Positions 29,779-53,383 of a stretch of 64,000 bases of DNA are shown one piece after another. The stretch's first letter is position 1, and each line of letters begins with the position of its first letter. The notes under the pieces were generated by a model, which ran no database searches, had not been told where the DNA came from, and was given only the letters and a program-made list of their open reading frames with translations. This stretch comes from the human T2T-CHM13v2.0 reference genome, Homo sapiens, in assembly GCF_009914755.1 (NCBI RefSeq), contig NC_060929.1, one strand, 5' to 3'. The translations under genes and the position numbers were made by a program.

Positions 29779-30130
29779 TGTAACAGATTAAACAGAAATT
29801 TAATCATGAGGCCATTAGGCTGAGATAGCTCTCCCACCTTGGGTTCCTACCAAAGCAGACTAAATCCCAATGCAAACGGGAAAACAAAACTTAAGCTCAA
29901 CCCTTCAGAAACCACCCACTAACCACTAAATAGGGACTGGGCACTTTAGCTCGTCAAATACATTTTCTTTTTATTGCTCTTTTGAACACCTTATCAAAGT
30001 AGTCCTCTCCCCTCCCCATCCAGGGGGAGCACTGTTACTTGTGGTTTGGAGCTGGCCAATTTGTGAATTACTGTCTGCTTAAATAAACTCTTCAGAAGTT
30101 TAATGTGCCTAAGTTTATCTTTTAATGACA
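29779..30130 (+). mobile_element. ERV1 solo LTR, MER67-like
   Basis: TG...CA ends, AATAAA near the 3' end, homologous to 25510-25903. Confidence 0.6.
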
Positions 30131-30409
30131 TGATGGCCAAATGAGGTTGTGCGTTGCTTGACAACACACGCTGGATTCAAGTAAGAAGACTACATCTTAA
30201 ACTTATCCTGTACCTACTATGCCTACACCTACTCTGCACTGAGTTAATAATGATTTACGAATGATTTAGTTATGATATTAACAGTACAATTTTGTTGCAT
30301 TGCACTTTTCCTATTACAAGCATTTCATTTGTAAAAGGTAAATATTTAAACTGCAGCATGGTATTCATAACCGCAATTTTGCATTTCTCTCCATTTCTAA
30401 TATACCTAT

Positions 30410-37341
<6,932 letters not shown>

Positions 37342-38003
37342 AGAATATATCATTTTGTAATTGATCATTTACAGGTATATCTGTAGGTTAAAGTATTAGA
37401 AATAGTATCAGAGTAAAAATATCCATAATTTTGATCAGTTTTGCCTAATTGCCCAGCTGTATACAAGTTTCTCATAACTTCTAAGATACCCTGCCCAAAA
37501 TGCTCAGAAGTGCACGGATTAAAGGGCCTGATTTGTAATGGCACTCAATGCCATTTTGTCAAACTAGCAAGGCTGAGAAATCTCCTCTTGCCTCCTGCTC
37601 CTCCCCAGGTCAGTGGGGAGCTGTGCTGGCCACAGCCCTCTGGTCAGGGGCCTTGGTTCAGGAAGTTTCTGGCTGGATCTGAGGCAGTCTTGCCCCTTGG
37701 ACAGCACCTCAGATCCAGCCTCTGTGGGCAGCTGGCATTAGTCTCATTTGTTTTCTCCACCTTTGGTCCTTCTTCACTTTCACTTTGGTATCACCCTTGG
37801 CAGTCTGCAAAGTGCTTGCCGAGCTCTTCCCCCTTTTTAATTCTAGAAACAGCCCTGAAAAGGCTGAAACTGACACTCAGAGAAGTTAACTGACTTGCTC
37901 GCACTCCCATCGGTGGTAAGCCACAAAGTAGATTGGAATCAAGTGTCCTAGCTCCAAGCTCAGTGCTCAGTTATTAATAACAATGGCAATTATTTGTTGA
38001 GTA

Positions 38004-38340
38004 CAGCCATGTATCTCCTAACAATGGGGATACCACCTCAGAAATATGCTGTTTGGCACAGAGCACGTACACAAACCTAGATGCTACAGCCACTGCACAC
38101 CCAGGCTGTATGATACAGCCTATTGCTCCCGGGCTGCAAACCTGTCCAGCATGTGATGTGGTGGAATACTGAATTGAATACCGAATACTGTAGGCAATTG
38201 TAACACAGTGGTAAGTCTTTGTGTATCTAAACATAGCTAAACACCAAAAGGTATAGTAAGAATATGGTATTATAATCTTATGGAACTATCATTGTATATG
38301 TGGTTTGTCAACCAGAATGTAGTTATACAGCACAGGACTG
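38004..38340. mobile_element. Tigger3/MER7-like DNA transposon
   Basis: CAG...CTG termini flanked by TA; acacaaacctagatg motif; sits within MIR-like sequence. Confidence 0.75.
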
Positions 38341-38411
38341 TACTTATGATGTGCCAAGCACAGCTCTCAGTACTAACTCCTTTAATCTTCATATCAACCC
38401 TAGAAGGTAAG

Positions 38412-38846
38412 TTCTTAGGTTATCATGGGTTCCCCAGGAGAATACCTTGAGACGAGGGTCCAAGTGCAAGTTGTTTCTTTGGAACACAATCTTAGAAACC
38501 AGCCTAGAGAGTGGGGAAGTGAGAGAGGGAAGGGGGAGCTGACAGGTGGTGCCAGTTACCCCACTGCGGTCATCAGAGCTTATCTCTGCTGAGGAAACTC
38601 TAGAACCAGTGTAGAAAACACACCTCAGATTTACTCACCAGAGAGGCTGGACAGCCAGGGCTCTTACACATCAGCCTCATCCAGCATTGTTTGCAGGGAG
38701 GCACTGTGGTGTTAGGGGGGTGTAGTGAGGGCAATTGGACAGCTGGCTTTCATACCCAGGAGAGCTCTGAACCCAGAAGTTGGGCAGGAGTGTGCAGAAG
38801 GGATTAAGACACCAAATGCAGGTCGTTGCTGATTATGTCTACTACA
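38412..38846. mobile_element. Old MLT1 (K/L-like) LTR
   Basis: ccttgagacgagggtccaagtgcaagttgtttctttgg motif; highly diverged. Confidence 0.5.
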
Positions 38847-39699
38847 GCGTTACTACAAGACCTGTTATATTTTTAGAAATGAAGAAACAGAGACTAGACA
38901 GTTTATGCCTCTTGCCCATGGTCATGCAGGTAATAAGTGGCAGAGCTGACTTAAGCAGTCGCATCGAGAGCCTGTGCTCCTGGCCGCCATGCTGCACCAC
39001 CCCGGCCCTCACTACCTGACATTGCCTCTTCTTACACCCCAGGCATCCCATGAGATTTTTGTTTCCCATCCTGAAGCTCCTCCCTGAGCCCACTCCTCTG
39101 GACTTGGGTGCACCAAACTCCACTTGATCCTCAGTATATTGGCACCCCCTCTTCCCACTACACAGTTCCACTAAACCAGTGGCTCCATTTTGCATGCATC
39201 AGAATCCCCTGTGGGTCTGCTATATCAGACTGCTGGGCCCCGTCAAAGTGTCTGTCTCACAAAACAAGACACTCTGGTTACCAGCCCCAGGGGAGAACTC
39301 CAAACACTTGTGCCTATTGACCTTGGCATCAGAGTCACCAAGGAAAACAGTGCAGTCAAGCACTGAAAGGGACGATGCTTTGCTTAGGTAGAGAAGACAC
39401 AGAACAAGACCAGCTCCAATAGTGTGGTCAGTGTAGATAGGGTAATTTACCTATGCACACTCCTCTTGCACCCTAGAGGAATAACCCCATATTTCTATCT
39501 CGAGTCTGAAATACTGAAAGCTGGCGGGGGGTGTCTAGGGCCCTTGACACACATCCATTGAGTCTGAAAGCTCTCCCCACACAATGCATGAGGTGATAGG
39601 CACGGCACAGGCTTTCTCTCTCTGTAAGGAAGTACCCAAGGCCCCTTCTCATGTGGCCCCACGTGGGTGGAAAGACCATTTTCCCCTTTCCCGACGGTT

Positions 39700-39902
39700 T
39701 ATCTTTCCTTTCTCCGTCCCTTCCTTCTTCTTCCTTCCTTCCTTCTTTCCTTCCTTCCTCCCTCCCTCCCTCTCTCTCTCCTTCCTTCCTTCCTTCCTTA
39801 TGTTTTTTAGAGAGTGAGTCATGCTATGTTGTCTAGGCTGCTCTTGAACTCCTGGGCTCAAGCAATCTTCCTGCCTCAGCCTCCTTAGTAGCAGCAATTA
39901 AA
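39700..39902 (-). repeat. (TTCC)n polypyrimidine tract plus Alu left-monomer fragment
   Basis: Read directly from the sequence. Confidence 0.85.
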
Positions 39903-40712
39903 GGGGTATAATCCCTGAGCAGGTTAACAGTTTCTCATTCCATGTGTCTAGGGAGAGACAGAGAATCTACATTTCTACAGGTCCCCGGGCGGTGCTGTGC
40001 AGGTGCATGATAAGGAGCGTGATCTGATGTCTGATTCACACCAGGGTGTGGGAATCTCAGAGGCAGAGAGCCCTGGAGATGAAAGGGACAGAGACCTGGA
40101 TTCAGATCTCATTTTACAATGAAGACCCCAATGCAGAAAGTCATGTCTGAAATTCTGAGCTTACTCTTCTGCCTGCTGGGACCTGCTCTGGATGAGAGAA
40201 GGGAGGAAAAGGACTAATCAGAGGAGCCAATGAAGTCACTCCATGAGGTGAGGACAACCCAGCCCTGCACACATCAGGGAGATGCTGGCTATGGTTTCAG
40301 CCAGGGCAAGGCTCGCATTCACTGGCCTTCAAGGGTACCCATAAGGAAGAGAGTTGAATGAGAAGAATGGGAGGCTTTCAGGAAAGCTGAGGTGAAACAG
40401 GCAATGTTTTGTCATTATATTTATTGATGTTTTTCCTATATTTACATGATCTTCAAACAAAGAGCCAATTCATTTAGCTTAGTTTTTTTAAGGCAGTTAA
40501 AACAGCTAAACATTACTCAGTGCTGCATAAGCTAAACAGCCAGTTGATTAAATTTTCTCAGTTTTTCATAAATCTTGATATTGAACATATCAGTTACAAT
40601 CAAAAGGTGTTCATGGGCACCTACTCTGTGGCAGGCACAGATGTCAGGTGCTGAAGAAGCAGTCAGCAGTGAACCAAAGTCCCTGCCCATTCTGACCAAT
40701 CTAAAATCCCAA

Positions 40713-40782
40713 TGTGTGTGAGTGTGTGTGTGCGTGGGTGTGCATGTGTATATGTGTGTGTGTGTATATGTGCACACACACA
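40713..40782. repeat. Imperfect (TG)n/(CA)n alternating purine-pyrimidine tract
   Basis: Read directly from the sequence. Confidence 0.95.
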
Positions 40783-41617
40783 CTCCCTTTGTTATCCTAC
40801 AATGCACGACCTTCACCCTTCTATTTCCCCACTATCCAAATTCCCTTTAAATCCTGAACCTGTTTGCATATTTGGACTCCTGAACACAAGAACCACGTGC
40901 ATTTTGTGTGCAACATAATAATGCTGCCAAAACCATCATCTTAAGGTGTTTCTTTGGGCTCAAGTGGGACCTTGAATTACCCTATCCATACAGCATATGC
41001 TTAGCAGAGACCCTGTTGTAAACATCTCCACCACCGCTGATCAGGAGGTTAAAAATCAGTCTGGGATCCCTCAAAAAGCTGAATTTTTATAGACTGGGGT
41101 GGGAAGGGGGAGAATTACCCAGTCAGAAACTGGTTTAGCAGGATTTGGAGGTAGTACGACAGCGCCTTCTCTTGGTTCCTTTAAAGAAAACAGGTAGCAT
41201 TTTCATTGAGAACAAGGTCCCAGTGGGAAAACACCACTAGTTTCTTTTCAGGCATTTGTCAAGGAGTTTCCAGGGTGCCTTCTTATTTATCCCAACACCT
41301 GTGACAGCCACCTCATCACTCAGAGCCTGCCTTTCTGCCTTCCCAAGCCTGTGACTATCAGGCTGCTCAGAATTCCCATCAGTCCAGGGCGTTCCCTCCT
41401 CACCTTCCCATCCAGGGCTGCCTCCTTATGCTTCTACCCTCCATCCATATGATACCTTGCTTCCTACTGAAAACCATCTGTCCGTCACCTTCTCAAGACT
41501 TTGGTCCAAGGCCTTGGGCTTCTGTGAGATCACTGAAGAAACTAATCTGTGTGGGACTAATGGAAATAAATAAGACTAAACAGCCTTTCCCCCAACCCCA
41601 TAATCCTTCAAAGACAT

Positions 41618-42151
41618 TGTGGCAGGTCAGGCTTCCATTTGCAACCAGAACAGTTCATTTTTACTGGCCTTTTGCCATAATTCTGATGAATGTATAAGTT
41701 AAGCATTAAAGTACTGGAGAAACTAGTGCCTGAGTGCAAGGGCTGGAATGCCCAAACAAACCCATTAATACCCCACTCAGGTTTTCTCCGACATTAAAGT
41801 CTGGTCAAATAATAAAAGCATTCTTACACATACACCTCGTACCAGGGCCCACTTAAGATAAACTTTCCGAGACTCTAGAGAAAGCTTTCCAGACCCCAGA
41901 CCCTAGTTAAAGATTAGAGAGAGATTGAATTAAACACCCCTGCTTGTAGGTGCACTCCCATGTGCAGCATGGAGCTTAAAATGTATATAAGCACTAGAAA
42001 AAAACTTGAAACTTTGAGTTGGTCTGGTGAGTGACTCCGACCTTCTGCCTATAACTAGTTGCAGAAATAAACTTCCTTATTTCCCAGGCTGTCTGCATCT
42101 TGTTATTGGACCGTGAGATCAAGCAGCCAGACCTCGTTCTGTCTGGGAACA
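41618..42151 (+). mobile_element. ERVL-class solo LTR (LTR62/LTR47/LTR32-like)
   Basis: tgtggcagg...gggaaca ends, tatataag near 41984, AATAAA near 42066, flanked by acat on both sides. Confidence 0.75.
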
Positions 42152-42578
42152 ACATTACTGCACATCTTTTTAAGACAACCACCCAGCCTTTGCTTTCTGG
42201 CCAGACACTCTGAATAAGTAAGGGATTGGGGGCCACAGTGAAGGGAAGAAGGTATCACACATCTTAGGCCAAAGGAAGAAACACTTGTGAAAGGTTTTCT
42301 CATGTTAAAACCAGTAAGTAGCTATGACTTTACAGTGATAGGGCCTGAACATTTTCAGGAAAACATCATTATGGGTCAGAGACTTGTCTTTCATAAAATG
42401 TTTGTGGTGCCACTCTTGGAGAGTTCACAGTGCTCTTACATGCATCATGATGACATTATAGTATGTCTTCAGGAATTATATAAAGCTAGATTTACCAAAT
42501 TCCTTCTCTAATTCATAGCTCAGCTAAACTGCAGATGAAATGACTGAGCGTCGAGCGTGAATTAGAAGATGAAGCTTT

Positions 42579-42960
<382 letters not shown>

Positions 42961-43372
42961 TTAACGTCTGACCATCAACATAGGACACTGTGCAGATGGC
43001 TACTTGCTGGGGCACATGAAGACCAAAGCCAGGACACAAGCCCCAGCCCTGCTAAACACGGCAGAGACTCTGCCCCAGCCCACCTCCTGTGAGAATCTGC
43101 TTCACTCCACAGCTGACCCCAGCATCTTCATGTGAGGACCATGAATGGACATAGTTTCCAGGATTTTTTGTGACCCAGGAAACCCGAACTCTCATCAAAA
43201 ATGAATAAATAAAAGGAGGGATGGGTAAGAAAATGCTAAAAATCTCCTTTTTGAATCATTAACATTCACTTGAAATTTGTCTCCACTATTTCCTACTACC
43301 CTAGCAAACTCCAACCTGAATAGCATGGGTGATGGCACTAAGCCCTATAATAGAAAAAGTGCACTTAAGCTC

Positions 43373-43745
43373 TGTATTAGTCCGTTCTCTCACTGCTAAT
43401 AAAGATACACCTGAGGCTGGCTAATTTATAAAGGAAAGAAGTTTAATTGACTCACAGTTCAGCATGGCTGGGGAGGCCTCAGGAAACTTACAATCATGGT
43501 GGAAGGGGAAGGGGAAGCAAGGCAACTTCACAAGGCGGCAGGAAGAAGTGCTGAGCAAAGGGGGAAAAGCACCTTATAAAACCATTAGATCTCATGAGAA
43601 CTCACTCACTATCATGACGACAGCATGGAGATAGCCACCTCCATGATTCAATTACCTCCCACCGGGTCTTTCCCATGACACATGGGGATTATGGAAACTA
43701 CAATTCAAGATGAGATTTGGGTGGGGACACTGTCGAACTATATCA
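43373..43745 (-). mobile_element. THE1 (THE1C/D-like) solo LTR
   Basis: tgtattagtcc...tatca with perfect 5-bp TSD agctc. Confidence 0.9.
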
Positions 43746-44284
43746 AGCTCCATTCTGATTTGTGGTGAGTGTTGAGCCTGCTTAATAATGTCCCATTTTT
43801 CTACAGCTTTTCTCATTCCCCACATGGCTCTCAGCAATGTTTGCTCATTGAATATTAGCAAGTTCCCCAGACAGGAATTGGATTTAATATTATTATTCCC
43901 CATTCACAGTTGATGGGAGGGAGGTTCAGAGAGATTAAAGGCTCTACTCAAACTTGGTAGACTGATGTGATAATAGAGGCATTTTTCTCTTCCCATTAAA
44001 CAGTGCTGTCATTCTCAGTTTACAGATTAAGGCAAATCAGGGCAAAGCAATTTGTTCGAGAGTACTGAGTCAGAGTTCCGTCTTTGCTCCAGTGATTTAA
44101 GATGCCACCTCTATTATTCACTACATTTTCATATGCATTTGATTCTATTTCTGGACTTTCTATTCTATTTTATTGGTCTGTCTATGCACTATACCTCATT
44201 GTTTTTATTATAGAAGCTCGATTAGATGTCTTAATGTCTGGTAGAACCCTCTACCACCACTATCGTTATTATTTTTTCTTTTAG

Positions 44285-44704
<420 letters not shown>

Positions 44705-45204
44705 TTACTTATAGAGAATTGTGAGAACCCTGAATATTTGAGACATGTCTCAGTTAATTTAGAAACTTTATTTTGCCTAGTTTGAGGATGCACGTCTGTG
44801 ACACAGTCTCAGGAAGTCCTGATGATATGTGCCCAAGGTGGTTGGAGCACAGCTTGGTTTTATACATCTTAGGGAGTCATGAGACATCAATCCATGTATG
44901 TAAGATATACATTGGTTCCACCCAGAAAGGTAGGACAACTCGAGTAGGAAGGGGGCTTCCAGGTTACAGGTAGGGGAGAGACAAATGGTTGCATTCTTTT
45001 GAGTTTCTGATTAGCCTTTCCAAAGGAGGCAATCAGATATGACATTATCTCAGTGAGCAGAGGGACAACTTTGAATAGAATGGGAGGCAGGTTTGCCCTG
45101 AACAGTTCCCAGCTTGATTTTTCCCTTTAGCTTAGGTATTTGAGGGCCCCAAAATTTATCTTCCTTTTGCATTTCCCCCCTTTTCTTTTTTAAAATCTTT
45201 TGGA

Positions 45205-45480
45205 CAATATATGCTTTCACTTATTAGTGGGAGCTGAACAATGAGAACACATGCGCACAGGGAGGGGAACAACACACACTGGGGCCTGTCGGGGGAGAGT
45301 GGTGGTGGGGACAGTATTAGAGAAAATAGCTAATTCATACTGGGCTTAATACCTAGGTGATGGATTGATAGGTGCAGCAAACCACCATGGCACATGTTTA
45401 CCTATGTGTCAAACCTGCACATCTTGCACGTGTACCCTGGAACATAAAAAAATACGATTAAAAATAAATAAATAAATATA
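45205..45480 (+). mobile_element. 5'-truncated L1 3' end (older L1PA, about PA10-13)
   Basis: L1 3' UTR with A-rich tail; TSD tcttttgga. Confidence 0.85.
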
Positions 45481-45624
45481 CTCTTTTGGAGAAAGCATTT
45501 TAGAAGAAAATGAGTCTCTGGTCTGAGGTTTCATCTGATCTCTCACAGCTAGGATGGTTTATTCCTAGACTGGTAGGTCATGAGTTATTAGGAAAGCTCA
45601 TTTTTAGTAGGTTGAGAAGTCTCA

Positions 45625-46107
<483 letters not shown>

Positions 46108-48223
46108 TTACTGTTATTTTCTTCTGAAGTTTAAGTTGTCTAGATTCAGTTCACAGGGCTTTAAGAAAGCACAACTTAGTTTTCAGTGATTTCAAATTAG
46201 GAAAAATGGAAGAAAAAAAGGAAGAAAGAAAAATTGAAAACAGTATTTTGGAAACATTTTAGCCAGGAAATATTAAAATTCAGTCCAAATTGTAGAAAAT
46301 AGTAAAAATTGAAAAACATTAGGCAAGACTGGACTCTAACAACTGGTGTACTATATAGCTTTTTGAAACATAATTTTTCTCTCTCCAGTTTCCCATTTTT
46401 ACTAAAGACAAATCATGGTAGGACCAATTTGCTTTATTATACCTGGCCAGATTATTTTTATAAAGTGCAGCAAGAGTAATTATTTTTCACATAGGCTTTT
46501 AAAATTGGCTTTGATGGAACATTGTTCTACAGAAGGAATCTCAGATAAGACTTTTTTAAGCCGAGCCCAGCTGTGAATTTGTACAATCGAATACGTATAA
46601 GTTGGATGAATTCTTCTACTCTTGAGGTCCCAAGATAACTGGGGGCTCTGGACTTGTCAGGAAGTGACATTCTGTACATTCTGTGACATTTTGACCCTGT
46701 ACAGAGACTGTGTAGACAAGGTATGAGGCCAGTTTTCCCAAGTGGCTTTTATTGGCTAAGTCAATTTCAATTCCTTAAAGGAAAGCATACCATTCCAGCC
46801 AAAGCTTTGGTAAAATAACCAGTTTCTCCAGTTGTATCCTGCTACAACTCAAAACAGATTCTTATTGCACTTATGTAAAAAACTATATTGCCATAAGTTA
46901 AGAATACTCACAGTTTCCAAATTCCAGAGAAATCAGGTAGAGAGAAACAAATATGCTCTGAATTTTGTCCATAGGAGTATATTAAATTGTTAAAAGCTGT
47001 CAATAGCTCAAAAGAAAAGCTTCCTTGACTCCAAAAAATAAAGGATCAGCAACATTTTAAGCAAAAAGTCAAAAAGATTCCTTTAGTCTTCTATTAGTTC
47101 AGTCCATGAAGATAACTTTGTTATCTTCTGTTCTGCTTGATATTAATGAACATTTCAACTCTCCATGAGTCCTGAAAGTTTTTCCTTTATTCTGAAGTCA
47201 CAATCTCCAAAGTTATCAGAATCTTGCATTCAAGAGTAACTGTTAGAGTTTTATAGCTGATTATAAAACCACCTTCTAAAGAGGACCAAAACAAGACAGT
47301 AATTGCCCATGGATGACAAAAAGTTTTAGGGCAGCCATAGTCACAGACACAAATGACAAGAAAATTTGTTACCTATGTAGTACACAATAATTTAATGTAA
47401 CAATTATAATTATTACTGATAATGTACACTAAGTCATATCAGAATTATAGGAGTTTTCCATAATTTTGGAACACATACAAATAACATATGTATACAAATA
47501 CAGCCCAAAGAAAACCAAATACTATTTCTTATTTGACAATGCTTCCTGTATAATTTTTATACCAAATAAGCCAAATGTGTCACTTTTGGACTTTAGGAAT
47601 CTAATATCTTAAATGACTAATTAGGTCAGAAAAATACATAATTTATAATTTGATTTTGGAAAGGTTGTCAAATATAAAAGGTTTAAAACACTTGATATCA
47701 CAAAAGAGGATCATAGTCACAAAGTGATAACTCAATGATTTCAAAAAAGGTGAAACCTTCATTCTTTGAGAGAGGAGACTTAATTTTCCTAAAAATAAGC
47801 CCTAATAAAAACAGCACAAAGCCAATTAAATTTGTTTTCCAAAATTTTATAAACAATCTATAAAATTTTAACCTTGACTATAAGATATAACTTCCATAAA
47901 ACTTTTAACCTTTATTGAGGAGTCCATTAATGTTTCAAGAAAACTTTGTTAATCTGACACAGGGGCCCATATGCTGGTCTTGTATTGCTGTATCTTTGAC
48001 ATTAATGGTTAATTCACAGAAAAACTGAACTTGTTTTATTTCTCAAAATTGGTTCTTTAAATCTCACATGACCACCTCTTCCATGATAGTCTCTGGGCCT
48101 TGAGGAGTTGAATAGCTTTAATTTCCGGCCCTGTGTCTCAGAAATGCAGTTTATTTTATTGGCATCTTCTACCAGGCCTGATAGTAAGGCTTTAATTGCT
48201 GTCAGTGTTTAAGATTTAACAGG

Positions 48224-48536
<313 letters not shown>

Positions 48537-49671
48537 TTAACAGGACTTGGTGTTGTTTTTAGACCCAGAGTCAAAGCCCTGTAACTCAATGTCACAAGGA
48601 CTTTAAAAGCACATACAGAAAGATACACAGATGTAACAACCTCAATTAAAAAAAATTTTTAATATCTTTTTTCTAAGCAAACAAAACTTAATAATAATGA
48701 CATTAGAATTATTTCAATAAAATGTAAAATCTGTTGGGCCAGTTAGCAAAAGGCAAAAGAAAAGACCTTCTGCAGTGCCCAGAATATTATGTTGGAAGAA
48801 AACATTTCCTTTAGCCTTTAAGAAAACGTTATTAGCATCAGGCCACAATGAACAGAGCTTTAGGGGGGAAAAAATCTTATATGAGCTGAAAATGAGTTGA
48901 AGGAAAGTGTTATTATTTCATGCCTTTTAAAGAGGGGAGAGAAAACTGAAAAGAGTGAGATGCAATAAAAATTGAACTTTGGGTTAAAAAAATTAAAATC
49001 TATTATAATTTATTAAGAGTAAATCAATCCCTTAAGAAGATTTCATTGCTCTAACCAATTCTTTAGTGTATAAGCTTTTTTTATATTAAACCCAGTCTCC
49101 AGAAGGACCATTATAATTTCTCTTTAATAATAGACAACTTGATCACATAAAAGTCTGTTTTAGTAAATCCTCTTATTGTGACTTACGCAGACCATTCATG
49201 ACATGTTTGGACTTTCTGGTTCGTCCTGAACATTTCTCTTTCTTAAAAAACCAGGCATTTTATTCTAGGACTAAATTTACCATACAAGATTCTTTCTCAT
49301 ATAAAATTATTTCTCTTTAAGCTTTCTTACTCAAAAATGTCTCTTTATTTCTATAACTTGCTTTACATCTCTCTTATTTCCTGGTTCTTTTTACCTTGTT
49401 TTATATATAACCTTTAAATAAGCTTTAAATTAGACAAAATTGTTCACGTTTTTAAAAAGGACACTTTTTTAGAAAAAAGGTTTTCCTACTATATATTTTT
49501 ATTGGAAAATACCCAAATAATGAAATATTTATTATTTAATTTACTATAACTTTAGATTCTAAATTATGAAGAGCTCATCTACAAGTATTTATTCCATTAC
49601 ATTTACCTAATTATTTTATTTTAATCACTTACCTAGATTAAGAAATCTGTGACAGTCATCATTTAAAGTTA

Positions 49672-49925
49672 TGAAACTCACCATTGCAAAGTTATAACTG
49701 AGACCATGAGAAAGATATGACCTAAATGTCTCCATCTTGCTTCTAACTTCCAAGCTGTCCTTGCTCATTCCTGGGCATAAGCCCAACTAACTTTGGGAGG
49801 AATTTAGTTTGTAGTTTAGCTTTGAAACAAAAATAACACTCCCTTCCCAAAACAAACCTCCTTACTGCCTGTGGACTAGGCTGCCTAAAGCCATAAGACT
49901 AGAAGTTACAGTAATTTTACTAAAT
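49672..49925 (+). mobile_element. LTR8-like 5' fragment embedded antisense in MER4 internal sequence
   Basis: Same fragment and same relative position as 6015-6244. Confidence 0.65.
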
Positions 49926-50855
49926 AATTCAAGATGTAGCTATTTTTATTAAATCAATCAATGTCTTACTCGCTAAATTTTATGCAAGTAAAGATCATTC
50001 TCTTTTGGACTTGGTTTATAGTTTTGTAACCCCCATGCCTATTGTGGGATCTGGCTAGCAACAAAGGGGCTCTTTCTTTTTTCCCAGGTGGATCGGGAGG
50101 TCAAGAAATAAAAGACACACACAAGATAGTGAAAGCTGAGTCCAGGGGGTCACCGCTGAGATGCCGCCAATGCACTGGATATACCAGCATTTATTATTAA
50201 GTTTAGTGAGGGTGGGGGTAGGTTAGTGAGGGATTTAAGGTCATTTGATTATGAGGTGAGGTGGTCACATGGGGATGAAGTAATTCTTTAACATAACATC
50301 AGTATGCAGAAGTACAGTATGCAGAGCTAAGAATTTACAATATAGTGTGTGCATCAGCAATTTCTAACAGAGCCTTAAAACGGAAACACAGTCTATCCAT
50401 AACCTATGTTTAGTAAGATACTAATCAGTAGTAATAATTGCAGCAAAAGCTGGTTGCAAACAATCAATAGAAGTAGGATGTGAAACTAGACAACTGGTTA
50501 GACCACAGATTCTCAGAAGGGAGTATGTCTCAACCCTAAAGAGACCTAGAAGAGCCATGGAAAGATGGGGTGTTTATAGCCCTATCTTATCCATATGAAC
50601 AGGCACCCCTCATGCATCCGTTTATAGGCTCTCCACAAGGATCATATTCCATTCCCAGAGATATGAACATCTGCTTTTCTGGGATAGGAATCTTGGTGAT
50701 GTGAAACCTCCCTGACTGCATGTCCATTTATAGGCTCTCTGCAGGGAGAAGCACATCACATGCTGTTGGCTTATTTTGGCAGCCCAACCTGGCATTGTCT
50801 TTATACAATCCTCCATGCAATTTTGTATTTACAATAATCAGGAGCATTTCATCTT

Positions 50856-53383
<2,528 letters not shown>

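Noticed and set aside
37441-37893. 150-codon ORF in apparently unique sequence
   Set aside because: Non-ATG start, no recognisable domain, and both ends overlap old repeat-like sequence.
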